A stretch of 64,000 nucleotides of DNA, from positions 53,692,001 to 53,756,000 of the forward strand of contig OZ024742.1 in the NCBI GenBank assembly GCA_964016885.1, given 5' to 3'. This stretch comes from Eledone cirrhosa (taxonomy: Eukaryota). Below the pieces are notes generated by a model. That model saw only the letters and a list, made by a program, of their open reading frames with translations. It was not told the origin of the DNA and searched no databases. This document shows, piece after piece, positions 15,521 to 28,570 of this stretch (position 1 is its first letter; the number at the start of each line of letters is the position of its first letter). The translations under genes and the position numbers were made by a program.

Positions 15521-17730
15521 TTAAGTTATTTTATAGTGAGAGAATTTAGCTTTTAGTTTGTGGTTGCAGTATAATGATCGTTCAATTCTATCGTTAAGTA
15601 GTTTGTTTTTGGATTTTAATATGTAAAATAGCTCAAGGTTACATAACCTGCAGTACTTCAATCCACTCCGATATGCACTTGCGCTGGAAAGTATATCCCA
15701 TTTTAAGGTGAACTGTTGGTTGTGTTCACGGAGTTGCCAGGTCTTGTTGGCGAGCGTGGTCACAAAACGGTGATTCGGATGTTTGATTGAGAATCGATGA
15801 CGGTACCAGCGAGATTTAAACGATGTGGTGGTAGATCCGATGTAATACCATTTCTGGTCGTTCGATTCAACCGTGCATTGGTAAACAATGTTGGACTTTA
15901 GGCATTCATTCTGCAATGGACATCTTTCAGGTAGATGGCAGTTACATTCTTTGTTGTGGGTAGCGGGTACACCATGGATAGGTTGTGATAGCGGTACAGG
16001 TGGGTTGTGCAATACCCGTCTCCCATTTAGTGGTTGGGAGGCAGATATTGCGTTCTGCCCATCTGTTACTAAAATGTTTTGTTTTGTAGAGTTGTTTAAT
16101 TGCCTTAAGTTAAGTTTTTTTATGTATGCTTCAAGGTTTGGTGCCGTGGAGTATGATAGTGTAATAGTTTTAGAGTTCAGAATTTTGCTGTACTTATGGG
16201 AACTAGGGAAGTGTTTATTGATTAATTTAAAGAATGAAAGAGATAGTTTTGTACTAATCGAGGCATTAAAAATAGGATTGTACCAGATATACTTTCTACA
16301 ACGTGATTTATTTGGTGGTGATCTTCTATTATTAGTATGTCTGGTAGTACTGTGTGTGTGTGCTTGTGTTTTAGTCCCCCGGTTACGTATACCTTGATTA
16401 CGTGTAGAGCTATGTGTGTTGTGGAAATTCCTATCGATGTATTCTATTGTATCCCAGTGGTCAGCATTCTTTAATGCATTATTGTAGTATTCAGCATGTT
16501 CACTAAAAATATCAGAGTTAGACGATAGGCGAGAGATTCTAAGAGAAATACTCTGGGGAACTGATTTGATCATGGAGAGTGGGTGGTTAGAGTTAAAGTT
16601 AATATACGAAAGGTTCTCATTTACCTTGTGGAAGGGTCGTATCTGTCCGGTATTTAAATTAAGAGTTACGTCCAGAAAGTTTACTACTTTAAGATTGTAT
16701 TCGTATGTTATTTTTAGACCCAGTTCACTAAAAGATTTTCTAATATTTTTCCGTAGCCTTTCAAGATTTTGGTTATTCAAGTTATTAACTAATAAGAGCC
16801 CGTCATCTCTGTATATCCCCCCTGTAGATTACTAAATTTACTATGTAATATGTGGGCTATGTAAATTCCCACGAGATCGGTGACCTCCGCCGAGTCGTTG
16901 GAACCCATGGTAATATCGAAATTTGTGGGTCTGTCCTTACGTTCCCAGTAGCAGTTATCGAACTTAATAATGGTTTTTCTAGCCTCGAGAATAATATTAA
17001 TTTCGTCCTCCGTTAGGTCGGAATTGGCCTTAGCAAACGATAGGGCCTTACGTAAAGTGCTTGGTGAGATGGAAGAGTAGTATTCGTCTATGTCAAATTG
17101 TATAAACTTAGATTTATTCTTATTCTTAACATTATTAAACCAGCGAATTGCTTCGCTAGTGTTGCCCCATAATTTAATTTCAATTTTCTTTTTCACTTGA
17201 GTTATTACTCTGTCAAGTATATGTTTGCTAATTTTCCCTATGTCTGATTTAGAAGGGCATATAAGTCTGATCTTAGGGTTAGAGTCAAAATTTACCTTAT
17301 GGTCCTTCAGGTTGAAGGTGGGGGTAGCGGGTATAATCGGCTCGGTTCTATCGTCTATCTTGAGATTCTTCACCACTTTATATGCCTCGTTGTTAATATT
17401 TGCTAGCGTAGTTTCATTTGTTTTTCTATATTTTTTGTGTAGTTCGTTGCGTATGAAGTTATTGTACGTATCGATATCCATGGTATACACGTTAGAAGTC
17501 TTGTCAGCTTTCACAACAATTCCATTGGTATTTTGCAATCTTCGGAGTAGTGCTTTCATGTTGTTCTGCAGCTCATTATTTCTATGTTTGTTGAACTTAG
17601 AGTTCATGGTCGTTTTCAATAAATCATGTTCGAAAGCTTCGAGGTGAGGGTTTGTAGATGGGTTTTTACATGATCTAAAACCATATGATTCAGACGAGTG
17701 ATTGGCGCGTCCTTTATCGAACCCCTGCAT
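15521..17730 (-). pseudogene. PLE reverse transcriptase-GIY-YIG ORF (5'-truncated, one frameshift near 16810)
   Basis: VKADKT, LKDHK, FIQFDIDEYYSSI, MGSNDSAEVTDLVG, NFLDVTL, GIY-YIG motifs. Confidence 0.88.
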
Positions 17731-17835
17731 ATCTTTCCTTCTCTCTCCATCTTCCCTACTTTTCTCTCTTCCTGTTCCACTCTATCTTCCCCAACAACCC
17801 CACTTAAGGGTTTTTACATTGTACATTTACCATTC

Positions 17836-17947
17836 TGCTCTGAGGAAACAGTGGTCACAGCATTGGATATTCGAGTTCTGCAAGTACTTGTGAATTTGCA
17901 CGTAGCGAAACTAGGCTGCAGTACCACCGTGGAAACACTTGTAAGCA
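17836..17947 (+). ncRNA. Hammerhead ribozyme with long stem II insert (mirror copy 14926-15037 on minus)
   Basis: TGCT-CTGAGGA-..GTGGT ...ACCAC..-GAAA-CActTG-TA-AGCA. Confidence 0.65.
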
Positions 17948-18139
17948 CACGGAATAAATTACCTTTTTATGATGTCTACCTGTTATTATTCATTCTTTAT
18001 ATACACTCCGGAATACTGAAGGATCAGGAACTAAGTTTCTTGAACAATTCTTCCATAACTCGTAGAGTAACCTCTTACCGTACGTCAACCATATCCAGTG
18101 TAGTAATTAACCATTACTACATCTTGGATAATCCTATAC

Positions 18140-18230
<91 letters not shown>

Positions 18231-18356
18231 ATATATATATATAAACGGAAAAATGAAACGAAATTTCATTTCTCACTCTTAGTACGTCTGTATACATATA
18301 TGTATGTACGTATACATACTGATATATATATATATATATACTGAGAGAGCGAGAGA

Positions 18357-18462
<106 letters not shown>

Positions 18463-18528
18463 ATGCTTTGTACGGCTTTTGGAGGAAGGAGTGACCAGCA
18501 GTACGTTGTTCGGTATTATTACAAAAAG

Positions 18529-18718
18529 AGCGGTGGATTGGCAGTATCGGTAGAGGGTCGGACGCCATGCTTTCCAGCATAGTTACGTCCCTTTACGATC
18601 TGAGTTCAAATCCCGTCGAGGTTGACTTTGCCTTTCATCCTTACGGGGTCGATAAAATAAAGTACCAGTAATGCACTGGGTAATTGCTGGCCTTGTGCCT
18701 AAAGTAGAAACAATTATT
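18529..18718 (+). mobile_element. tRNA-derived SINE (~190 bp), family A
   Basis: Box A-like TGGCAGTATCGG, box B GAGTTCAAATCC, body GCCTTTCATCCTTACGGGGTCGATAAAAT, ATT tail; about 10 copies in the window. Confidence 0.85.
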
Positions 18719-18927
18719 ACGAAAATATGTAGCAGAGAGTCCCGCGTGAACTAACAGCTCGGGAGGAAACTGCTTATCTCGAACATTCATTCGCCATCGT
18801 TCTTGTCAACGCTCCGTTTTTTGCTATTAGTTGGTCTACAGTTAGATGAATGTCGCACAAAGGGTTAATGTTTATTGACAACAAGTTTTTTGAATAATAA
18901 AAGACGGGTTAAAGCAACTACAATGTA

Positions 18928-18980
<53 letters not shown>

Positions 18981-19365
18981 GTGTATATGTGTGTGTTTAT
19001 GTATATATGTGTATATATATATATATGTATATATAAGTATATATGTATATGTGTGTGTCTCCGCGCGTGTGTGTGTGTGTGAATGTAGCGAAGATAATAC
19101 GTCATCAATGACGTGTTCGTTAGAATGTCGTTATGCAGACAGCCAGACATACAGACATATATTATAAGGGCTCGACGGCGATCGATAACCGGCGAACAAC
19201 ACCCCTTTGACATCATAAAACTGAAAAATAAAAGCGGCAGTTAGTATCTTTGGACCGCAAGGAATATATAAATGCAAGTTTGAAGTCAATCGGAGTAGAA
19301 TGTGGATTTGTATAGACTTTGCAAAAATGGGGACGCACAGACAAAATCAGTTTTGTATATATAGA

Positions 19366-21275
19366 TGTCTGTTTCTATTTTGTTGTTGGGTTTCTTGATA
19401 AGGATGCCGAGGAAAGGAAGTTGTTCGTGGCTGTATTTCATTGTAAATTGAATGTTTCTGTTGAGTCCATTTAGAAGTGTTTTAAATTCAAAAAGTTTTT
19501 CTATACTTTCATGCCAGAGGATGAAGCAGTCATCCAGATATCTCTTCCAATTTTTTTCTATGTGGAGGTAGAAGGGGTTTCCGTATTTATCTAGTACTTT
19601 TCGGTAGAGGGTGATTTCCAAGTATCCCATAACGAGGTTGGCGTAAGAGGGGCCGTGTTCGTGTCCATGGCTGTCCCGCATTTCTGTCTGTAGAATTTGG
19701 CATCGAATTCGAAGTAGTTATTCTCCAAGATAAATTTGAACCCTTCTATTACGAATTCTTTTATGATGCGGTGTGGTAGTTCATTGGGGGTAATTTTCTA
19801 ACCAGAACTGGATTGCCTCTATTCCTAGGTTGTGTGGGATATTGGAATAAAAGTTGACTACATCAAAATACACTAGTAGGGTATGTTCATTATTAAGTGT
19901 TTTTGGGAGGTGGTTGAGCATATCGAGGTCGTCCCATGTAGCTTTTAATGTGTTTCAGGAATGGTTTTAACAGGATATCTAGGAAGTTGCTGAGGTGGTG
20001 GGTTTCACAAGCTATTATAGGTCTTAAGTTGAGATCGTTGGGTGAGAGGATATTGATGAATATGCCTGTAGCTTCCTTGCATGCTTTACTTATTTTTCGC
20101 TTTTGTGCATCTTAGGGGTTCCGTAGAAAAGGTTGGGTTTGCTTTTGAAGTCAGTGATATAGTTGTATTCCTTGTTGGTAAGTCCTTCTCTGTAAAGGGT
20201 TGTTAGAGTTTTTAGGTTTCTCATTATTATCTGTTGGCTGTAGTGTTGAGCCTTTTCGTAGTATGTTTCGTTTTCTAAAGATGAGAGTACTAGGGTTATA
20301 TAATATTTTGTCTCCATGAGGACTGCCGCACTCCATTTTCCCGCCTCTTTGATTGTTATAGTTTTATCATTCTTTAGTCTGCTCAGCTCATCCCATTCTT
20401 TCTTGTTGAGGTTTGGCTTGTGTTTATGTCTGTGTAGGTGTTGATAAGGGTAATTTGTAATGTGTTCGCAGAATTGGTCAATGAATTTGTTCTTACCTTT
20501 TGATGGGGTGTAGTTGCTTCTATTTCTAGCTAGTGAGTCGTCCTCATTGTACTTGTCATGTAGTTCCTCGCTAAATCTTAGTTTTCTACAGAATTCCGTA
20601 ATGTCCTCCTTCATTTCGGGGTAGTTTGGGCGTTGGGGGGGGGGGGGGGGGGGGGTGTGTGTAAATTTCAGCCCTTTGAAGGGTATGTCGATTTGGTCTG
20701 TTGTTAGGTCTTTAGTGGTTAAATTTATAACTTTTATTACTTTTGGTCTCTCCTGTATGTCTTGTGTCATCTCGTTTCCCTGTGTCTGTGTACTGGGTCT
20801 AAAAAAATAATTAAGGTGGTTGTGATGGTTGTTGATGTTGGGTCGTCTCCTGTGGTTGTATTGTTCCCTGCTGTTGTTATTGAAGGTTCGGGTTCGTGGA
20901 TGTGGGTTGATTAGGGCACCCCTATATTTAGTGTGTGGTTGTGTGTCCCTATATATCCCCTCCTGCTTCTACCCACTCCAGTCACAACAGAGCCATTAGT
21001 AGAGAAGGATGGACAGACAAATTTTACTTTCTTCTCTGAAGGATCGCGTATGTGAAAATTAACTTTTCTTCCCCTCTCTATATTTTTTGTTATTATCATT
21101 ATTTTCACTATTTGTACAAATATGCAACTTAACAATATTCTACATATCCGCAATTGACAATGCATTTAATGCTGAAACCGGTATTGTAAATAAATTAATG
21201 CTTTGAAATGTCTATAAAAACATCCCTTTAACATTTCTACTGAACAAATCTGTGTCCTTTCTACTATTTGTTTAT
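19366..21275 (-). mobile_element. Neptune-type PLE, 5' half (RT) plus inverted pseudo-LTR 20885-21275
   Basis: VINLT..KGLKF, IKEAGK..VLME, FYGTPKMHK, PSYANLVMG, WKRYLDDCF; continues in frame into 13205 across the Helitron. Confidence 0.85.
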
Positions 21276-21444
21276 ATATATATATATAAATTTTGAGTAT
21301 ATGTTGGTTATATACCAACACCCTAGTATGCAGATTGGAGCACTCGACGAAGTGCGCAGGTTGGTTTGGTTACTCCGGAGTAATGTAAAATAAAATAAAA
21401 TAAAATAAAATAAGTCAAATGTTTAAAATTTGGCTTCGTTTATT

Positions 21445-21498
21445 ACTGCTATATATATTCGGTGACAGCCATCTTTGGCTTTGACCTCTTCAGACAGT
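21445..21498 (-). ncRNA. Minimal hammerhead ribozyme motif at the 3' end of a PLE
   Basis: ACTGT-CTGAAGA-GGT..ACC-GAA(t)ATATA-TA-GCAGT. Confidence 0.6.
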
Positions 21499-21921
21499 CC
21501 GAATTAGTGTGGTAGAGATGAGTACACATGTTGTTGAGGTGTTTAACTTAGTCAATACTCTGATATGCCCAGTTCCTGGTTGGGTTGTTGTTTCACTGAG
21601 GAACTGGAATCATATGAATTTAAACAAACGAATTTCAGCGTCAAAGGACATCTTCTCCTCTCATTGGTCAGTTGTGAGAACATGCCACAGTCAAAAGTCT
21701 ATAGAAATTCATTCTGAGGCAAGGCAATCTGTAGTGGTTGTTCTTGTTATTGTTAAGTACATCTGACCTCTACTCTTATGTTGGTAGTGGTGTTGGTGTT
21801 AGAGTCAGCTAAAAAAAACGATAAAGTGGTAGTGTCTGCCATGTATATGAAGAAATAGAAGGCAATAAAATGAAGAAAACAGAAAATAAATAATAAATAG
21901 AAAATAAATGAAAAATTAATT

Positions 21922-23810
21922 AATGAAAAATGAAAAATGAAAAATGAAAAATGAAAAATGAAAAATGAAAAATGAAAAATGAAAAATGAAAAATGAAAAA
22001 TGAAAAATGAAAAATGAAAAATGAAAAATGAAAAATGAAAAATGAAAAATGAAAAATGAAAAATGAAAAATGAAAAATGAAAAATGAAAAATGAAAAATG
22101 AAAAATGAAAAATGAAAAATGAAAAATGAAAAATGAAAAATGAAAAATGAAAAATGAAAAATGAAAAATGAAAAATGAAAAATGAAAAATGAAAAATGAA
22201 AAATGAAAAATGAAAAATGAAAAATGAAAAATGAAAAATGAAAAATGAAAAATGAAAAATGAAAAATGAAAAATGAAAAATGAAAAATGAAAAATGAAAA
22301 ATGAAAAATGAAAAATGAAAAATGAAAAATGAAAAATGAAAAATGAAAAATGAAAAATGAAAAATGAAAAATGAAAAATGAAAAATGAAAAATGAAAAAT
22401 GAAAAATGAAAAATGAAAAATGAAAAATGAAAAATGAAAAATGAAAAATGAAAAATGAAAAATGAAAAATGAAAAATGAAAAATGAAAAATGAAAAATGA
22501 AAAATGAAAAATGAAAAATGAAAAATGAAAAATGAAAAATGAAAAATGAAAAATGAAAAATGAAAAATGAAAAATGAAAAATGAAAAATGAAAAATGAAA
22601 AATGAAAAATGAAAAATGAAAAATGAAAAATGAAAAATGAAAAATGAAAAATGAAAAATGAAAAATGAAAAATGAAAAATGAAAAATGAAAAATGAAAAA
22701 TGAAAAATGAAAAATGAAAAATGAAAAATGAAAAATGAAAAATGAAAAATGAAAAATGAAAAATGAAAAATGAAAAATGAAAAATGAAAAATGAAAAATG
22801 AAAAATGAAAAATGAAAAATGAAAAATGAAAAATGAAAAATGAAAAATGAAAAATGAAAAATGAAAAATGAAAAATGAAAAATGAAAAATGAAAAATGAA
22901 AAATGAAAAATGAAAAATGAAAAATGAAAAATGAAAAATGAAAAATGAAAAATGAAAAATGAAAAATGAAAAATGAAAAATGAAAAATGAAAAATGAAAA
23001 ATGAAAAATGAAAAATGAAAAATGAAAAATGAAAAATGAAAAATGAAAAATGAAAAATGAAAAATGAAAAATGAAAAATGAAAAATGAAAAATGAAAAAT
23101 GAAAAATGAAAAATGAAAAATGAAAAATGAAAAATGAAAAATGAAAAATGAAAAATGAAAAATGAAAAATGAAAAATGAAAAATGAAAAATGAAAAATGA
23201 AAAATGAAAAATGAAAAATGAAAAATGAAAAATGAAAAATGAAAAATGAAAAATGAAAAATGAAAAATGAAAAATGAAAAATGAAAAATGAAAAATGAAA
23301 AATGAAAAATGAAAAATGAAAAATGAAAAATGAAAAATGAAAAATGAAAAATGAAAAATGAAAAATGAAAAATGAAAAATGAAAAATGAAAAATGAAAAA
23401 TGAAAAATGAAAAATGAAAAATGAAAAATGAAAAATGAAAAATGAAAAATGAAAAATGAAAAATGAAAAATGAAAAATGAAAAATGAAAAATGAAAAATG
23501 AAAAATGAAAAATGAAAAATGAAAAATGAAAAATGAAAAATGAAAAATGAAAAATGAAAAATGAAAAATGAAAAATGAAAAATGAAAAATGAAAAATGAA
23601 AAATGAAAAATGAAAAATGAAAAATGAAAAATGAAAAATGAAAAATGAAAAATGAAAAATGAAAAATGAAAAATGAAAAATGAAAAATGAAAAATGAAAA
23701 ATGAAAAATGAAAAATGAAAAATGAAAAATGAAAAATGAAAAATGAAAAATGAAAAATGAAAAATGAAAAATGAAAAATGAAAAATGAAAAATGAAAAAT
23801 GAAAAATGAA

Positions 23811-23836
<26 letters not shown>
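21922..23836. repeat. Homogeneous (TGAAAAA)n heptamer array, ~270 copies
   Basis: Direct reading; no interruptions seen. Confidence 0.97.
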
Positions 23837-23842
<6 letters not shown>

Positions 23843-24149
23843 AGAAGTGAAGATTCAAATAAAATAAAATGTGTGCGTGCTATAACCAATCTCAAGGTCA
23901 GAAAGATGTTGGATAAAGTGGTAGGAGGAACAAGATGGTAAAAGAATAAAACGAAATAAGATAATCAAATAAAATGTGTGTGCGTTATAACCATTCTCAA
24001 CTTAAATAGAAGGCAATAAAGTGAAAACAAAACAAATGAAAAATCAAGTAAAATAAAATGTGTGTGTGTTATAAAGATGTTGGCCAAATTAGAAAGGCTG
24101 TGTCAGAATCAATCTCTAGGCTATCATGGTGTCAGCGCAGCCTGGGTGG

Positions 24150-24790
24150 GTCCCTATGGCTTGAGGGGAGTTCCCAACTTATGGTGTTGTTACTGCCCAT
24201 ATAGCTTGAGGGAGGTCTGGCCGAGAGGTGTCTACATGTTCTGGAGAAGTCCCTATAGCCTGAGGGGAGTTCCCATCTCAGTGTGTTGCTACTGTCCATA
24301 TAGCTTGAGGAAGGTCGCGGCCCTGAGGTGTCTGCATGTCCCGAAGAAGTCGGTTCTGAGGTTTATCAGGCGGCTTCCACCTCTTAGTATCTCGAGGGTC
24401 TCGTTCAGACATAGTTTGCATATGCCAGATCCCCCTTTATCGGGTGGTACCTTCCTGATTATGGACCAGGCCAGAGAGTACGGGGCCCTGTCCAGCTTAA
24501 GTTCCAGATCAGGTCGGAAAGAGCCGTATTTTCCTTTTGGCCTCCTTATTGAAGGAATGACGATGGTTATACCAACGGTCTTTAAAGCTCGTTGATGTGG
24601 CTCATATGTAGAGTTGCTCGGAGTTGGGGGTTTTAATCCTACATCCGTATATTAAGTTCTTTTTAAGGCATTCATTACTAAGGGGGCATGTTTCGGGGTT
24701 TCTGAAGTTGCAGAGGGTTGTCGACCTCTGCGTGCCTAGTGTGGGGTTCCCGTTACGAGTTACATGGTGGTCTTCCCCCGGGCACGGTGG
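24150..24790 (-). mobile_element. Hydra-type PLE GIY-YIG fragment with ~98-bp tandem duplication at the ORF end
   Basis: CNFRNPETCPLSNECLKKNLIYGC..LYI; WSII..CKLCLNETLEIL..TCRH. Confidence 0.75.
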
Positions 24791-24794
24791 GGGA

Positions 24795-26400
24795 TCAAAC
24801 AAAAATAATTCAGTGAATGGAAAAAAAGCAAGCGCGGACTAAATTTCAAAACACTGAAAATTTCACTGCCTTCCCGATCAGTGGCAAATTCAAAAGAATC
24901 TATCACGTGACATCGAGGTTAATCAGTGAGGGTGGGGTGTTAAAAAGACAGTAGCCAAAATGTTACTATGAAGCATAGTAGTAATTTAGGCAAATTTTTG
25001 CCAAACAAAATAATTTGGAGATAATTATAAAGAATTAGTATATCTACCAACATATTTATATAGATGTATTCTTACGCTAGCAAGATATAGATTTTGTCTT
25101 AGTAACTTTGTGGTTCAATACAAAAATGTAGAACAATTATATGAAAGACGTAAAACAAGAAAATTATAGTAATTAACTTACATAAGTTTCACTCCAACTA
25201 ATTAGTTTCTGAAAGGGGATATACATAGTGTTTCAACTATGGAGAATCCTTTCTTCATCAAGGAGTCAATTCTCGGCTAAGATTCCTGGCTATAGGCGGA
25301 CACAGGGAGCTCAAACAAAAATAATTCAGTGAATGGAAAAAAAGCAAGCGCGGACTAAATTTCAAGACACTGAAAATTTCACTGCATTCCCGGTCAGTGG
25401 CAAATTCAAAAGAATCTATCCCGTGACATAGAGATTAATCAGTGAGGAGTGGGGTGCTAAAAAGACAGTAGCCAAAATGTTATTATGAACCATAGTAGTA
25501 ATTTAGGAAAATTTTTGACAACAAAATAATTTGGAGATAATTATAAAGAATTAGTATATCTACCAACATATTTATACAGATGTATACTTACTCTAGCAAG
25601 ATATAGGTTTTGTCTTAGTAAATTTGTGGTTCAATACAAAAATCTAGAACAATTATATGAAAGACGTAAAATAATAAATTATAATAATTAACTATAGTTA
25701 GTTAATTAGTTGGAGTGAAACTTAAGTAAGTAAGTTAATTACTATAATTTTCTTATTTTACGTCTTTCATATAATTGTTCTACATATTTGTATTGAACCA
25801 CAAAGTTACTAAGACAAAACCTATATCTTGCTAGCGTAAGTATACATCTGTATAAATATGTTGGTAGATATACTAATTCTTTATAATTATCTCCAAATTA
25901 TTTTGTTGAGCAAAAATTTTCCTAAATTACTATTATGGTTCATAGTAACATTTTGGCTACTGTCTTTTTAACACCCCACTCCTCCCTGATTAACCTCTAT
26001 GTCACGTGATAGATTCTTTTGAATTTGCCACTGACCGGGAAGGCAGTGAAATTTTCAGTGTCTTGAAATTTAGTCCGCGCTTGCTTTTTTTCCATTCACT
26101 GAATTATTTTTGTTTGAGCTCCCTGTCCGCCTATAGCCAGGAATCTTAGCTGAAAATTGACTCCCGGATGAAGAAAGGATTCTCCATAGTTTAAACACTA
26201 TGTTTATCCCCTTTCAGAAACTAATTAGTTGGAGTGAAACTTAAGTAAGTAAGTTAATTACTATAATTTTCTTATTTTACGTCTTTCATATAATTGTTCT
26301 ACATTTTTGTATTGAACCACAAAGTTACTAAGATAAAACCTATATCTTGCTAGCGTAAGTATACATCTGTATAAATATGTTGGTAGTTATACTAATTCTT
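24795..26400. repeat. Head-to-head tandem arrays of a ~516-519-bp non-coding hammerhead-bearing unit
   Basis: Direct repeats start at 24795 and 25311; inverted copies 25701-26221 and 26222-26400; further fragments at 28290-28510. Confidence 0.88.
26160..26235 (+). ncRNA. Hammerhead ribozyme in the 516-bp unit (mirror 25191-25266 on minus)
   Basis: ACTCC-cggatga (ttgatga in the other copy)-GAAAGG..CCTTTC-aGAAA-CTAATTAG-TT-GGAGT. Confidence 0.7.
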
Positions 26401-26420
26401 TATATATATATATATATATA

Positions 26421-26556
26421 TAGAAGGAGCTTCTACAGGACTAGTACTGTTTCGTTCAGATGAAATCTTCAGGAAGCGTTCAGATGAAATCTTCAGGAAG
26501 CTTCCTGAAGATTTCATCTGAACGAAACAGTACTAGTCCTGTAGAAGCTCCTTCTA
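26421..26556. ncRNA. Palindrome encoding canonical hammerheads on both strands (26500-26548 +, 26429-26477 -)
   Basis: GCTTC-CTGAAGA-tTTC atct GAAc-GAAA-CAG tactagtc CTG-TA-GAAGC. Confidence 0.85.
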
Positions 26557-26635
26557 TAAAATAAAAAAAATTTACTCTGCCATGTATTGAGTACCTTACT
26601 TACTGTGGTTATCCCCGACTCAACCCGGGACCTAC

Positions 26636-26696
<61 letters not shown>

Positions 26697-26770
26697 CGTG
26701 TGTTTGTATGTGTGTGTGTGTGTGTGTGAAATAAAATTCTAATTTTATATATATATATATATGAATATAC

Positions 26771-26812
<42 letters not shown>

Positions 26813-26816
<4 letters not shown>

Positions 26817-27120
26817 ATACTTTGGGAGGGTCATGTTGCCAATAAGAAATACACACCAGTTGCTTTCACTCCAATTTATTATAAATTAAAGAAATTTATA
26901 AATTTCCGGTTGGTTGGTTGGTTCCATATATGAACAACCGTCCGGTTGGTTCCACAACCGGACGGTTGTTCATATATTGTCAAAGTTCTTTCTTCACACA
27001 TTCTGTGACCTCATCAGTGACCAGCGATTCTTTTCTTTGTTTTGTGCCTCTCCTTTGTTCTGTCCTACGCCATCTTGTTTTTGTGTGTGTTACAACACAC
27101 ACACAAACAAGATTGCGTAG
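26813..27120 (-). mobile_element. LTR-like repeat (related copy 41843-42135)
   Basis: Both copies start TGTTATAC..GGGAGGGTCAT next to (TA)n; minus strand has AATAAA and ends in ACA. Confidence 0.4.
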
Positions 27121-28242
27121 GACAGAATTATATCTACGTATCTCACATTAGCACTCATGATCTCTAACAGATGAACTTAATTCTAAGTACATTATCTTAT
27201 TATCCCTTCACTCCTTGAAATCTTATTTTCCTCTTATTATTATTATGATCATCTCTATGTATCCCTAATATTATTGATCATGTTCTCTCTATCTAGCATG
27301 CATATTTTACAATTTTATTACTTTTATTTTCTCTATTATTGTTGTTATTATTGTCTTATTTATACACTATTTGTTATTGATGTTGTGAAAACTAAACCCC
27401 CATGATTCGAACCAACAATCCCAACTTTTAGAATAGGCCACTTAAATAACGAATCTACAAATCCACTTAACACCACATAAAAACTATATATTTCTTCGCA
27501 CACTATCATTCTCACTAAATTAATACAACGAAAATGTTTATCTGTCAAACAATAAATAAATCTCCGGTTTATTGCCAGCGTGCCTTCAAACCTACAGAAA
27601 ACGCATATACCTCATAAATCCTGACTCCAAGTACATTTTATCAGTTATCTCTTCACCACCTTAACACTACATCTAATGTACCCTATAACAGTTTTCACAT
27701 GTCAATTTCATACATCTATCATATCAGTTCATTTAATATGCTAGATTCATCATTATACTCTATTTCTTACTTATATTGATGTTATTATTTTTACTATTCA
27801 GTATATAGTTATTTTATTATTGATATTATTGTTCTGGTTTAATACCACTCCTCTATAATGACCATGCCTTGTGTATCTTCTTCACTTTCGCGTGCTCTGA
27901 TGAAAACGACTGGTTATAAACAAAGTATTGGAGGTCGATTGACGCAAAATCAGGCGAGTAGCGAACTCTAGGCCTACCAGATCAAAGAAACAATTATCAG
28001 CAATGTGAATAAAGCCCTTATTTTATAGCAAACCACGTCACTCTTCTTTCTTGAATTATATATATATATATGGTCTGGATAACCAAAGATGTGGGTTCGA
28101 CTCTCATGTACGTCAATACCCATCTTTTTCCATTTATTTATCTGAGGGTTCAGACTGAAATTTCTTTAGTTGAAAAATACGGTGAAAGGTATTCTATTTT
28201 CTAATTTAAAACCTGCTCACTGTTTCAAAACATACTTACTTG

Positions 28243-28294
<52 letters not shown>

Positions 28295-28510
28295 CGTAAA
28301 ATAAAAAAATTAAAGTAATTAACTCACTTACTTAAATTACACTCCAACTAATTAGTTTCTAAAAGGGGATATACATAGTCTCCAAAAGGAGAATCCTTTC
28401 TTTATGAGGGAGTCATTCTCATCTAAGATTCCTGGCGATTCGCGGACACATATACTGCTAGCGTAAGTATACATCTGTATGAATATGTTGGTAGATATAC
28501 TAATTCTATA

Positions 28511-28570
<60 letters not shown>

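Larger units (their letters stand above)
14873..18143 (-). mobile_element. Penelope-like element, Hydra-type, nearly intact, with inverted pseudo-LTR at the 5' end
   Basis: ORFs 16789-17730 and 15521-16780 are joined by one frameshift in a G-run just before IYRDDGL; CNCHLPERCPLQNEC, IVY..YYIG, CRLC, CNH; 14873-15150 is the inverted near-identical copy of 17722-18000; (TA)n on both flanks. Confidence 0.9.

Noticed and set aside
21922-23836. Telomere or CRISPR array
   Set aside because: Not TTAGGG-like, interstitial, and has no spacers
21753-23895. 701-aa and 659-aa FFIFHFS-repeat ORFs
   Set aside because: Stop-free translations of the heptamer array; no evidence of coding
28072-28110. tRNA-like fragment (also 41326-41370)
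   Set aside because: Only a partial arm or box motif and no complete cloverleaf; likely SINE-head debris
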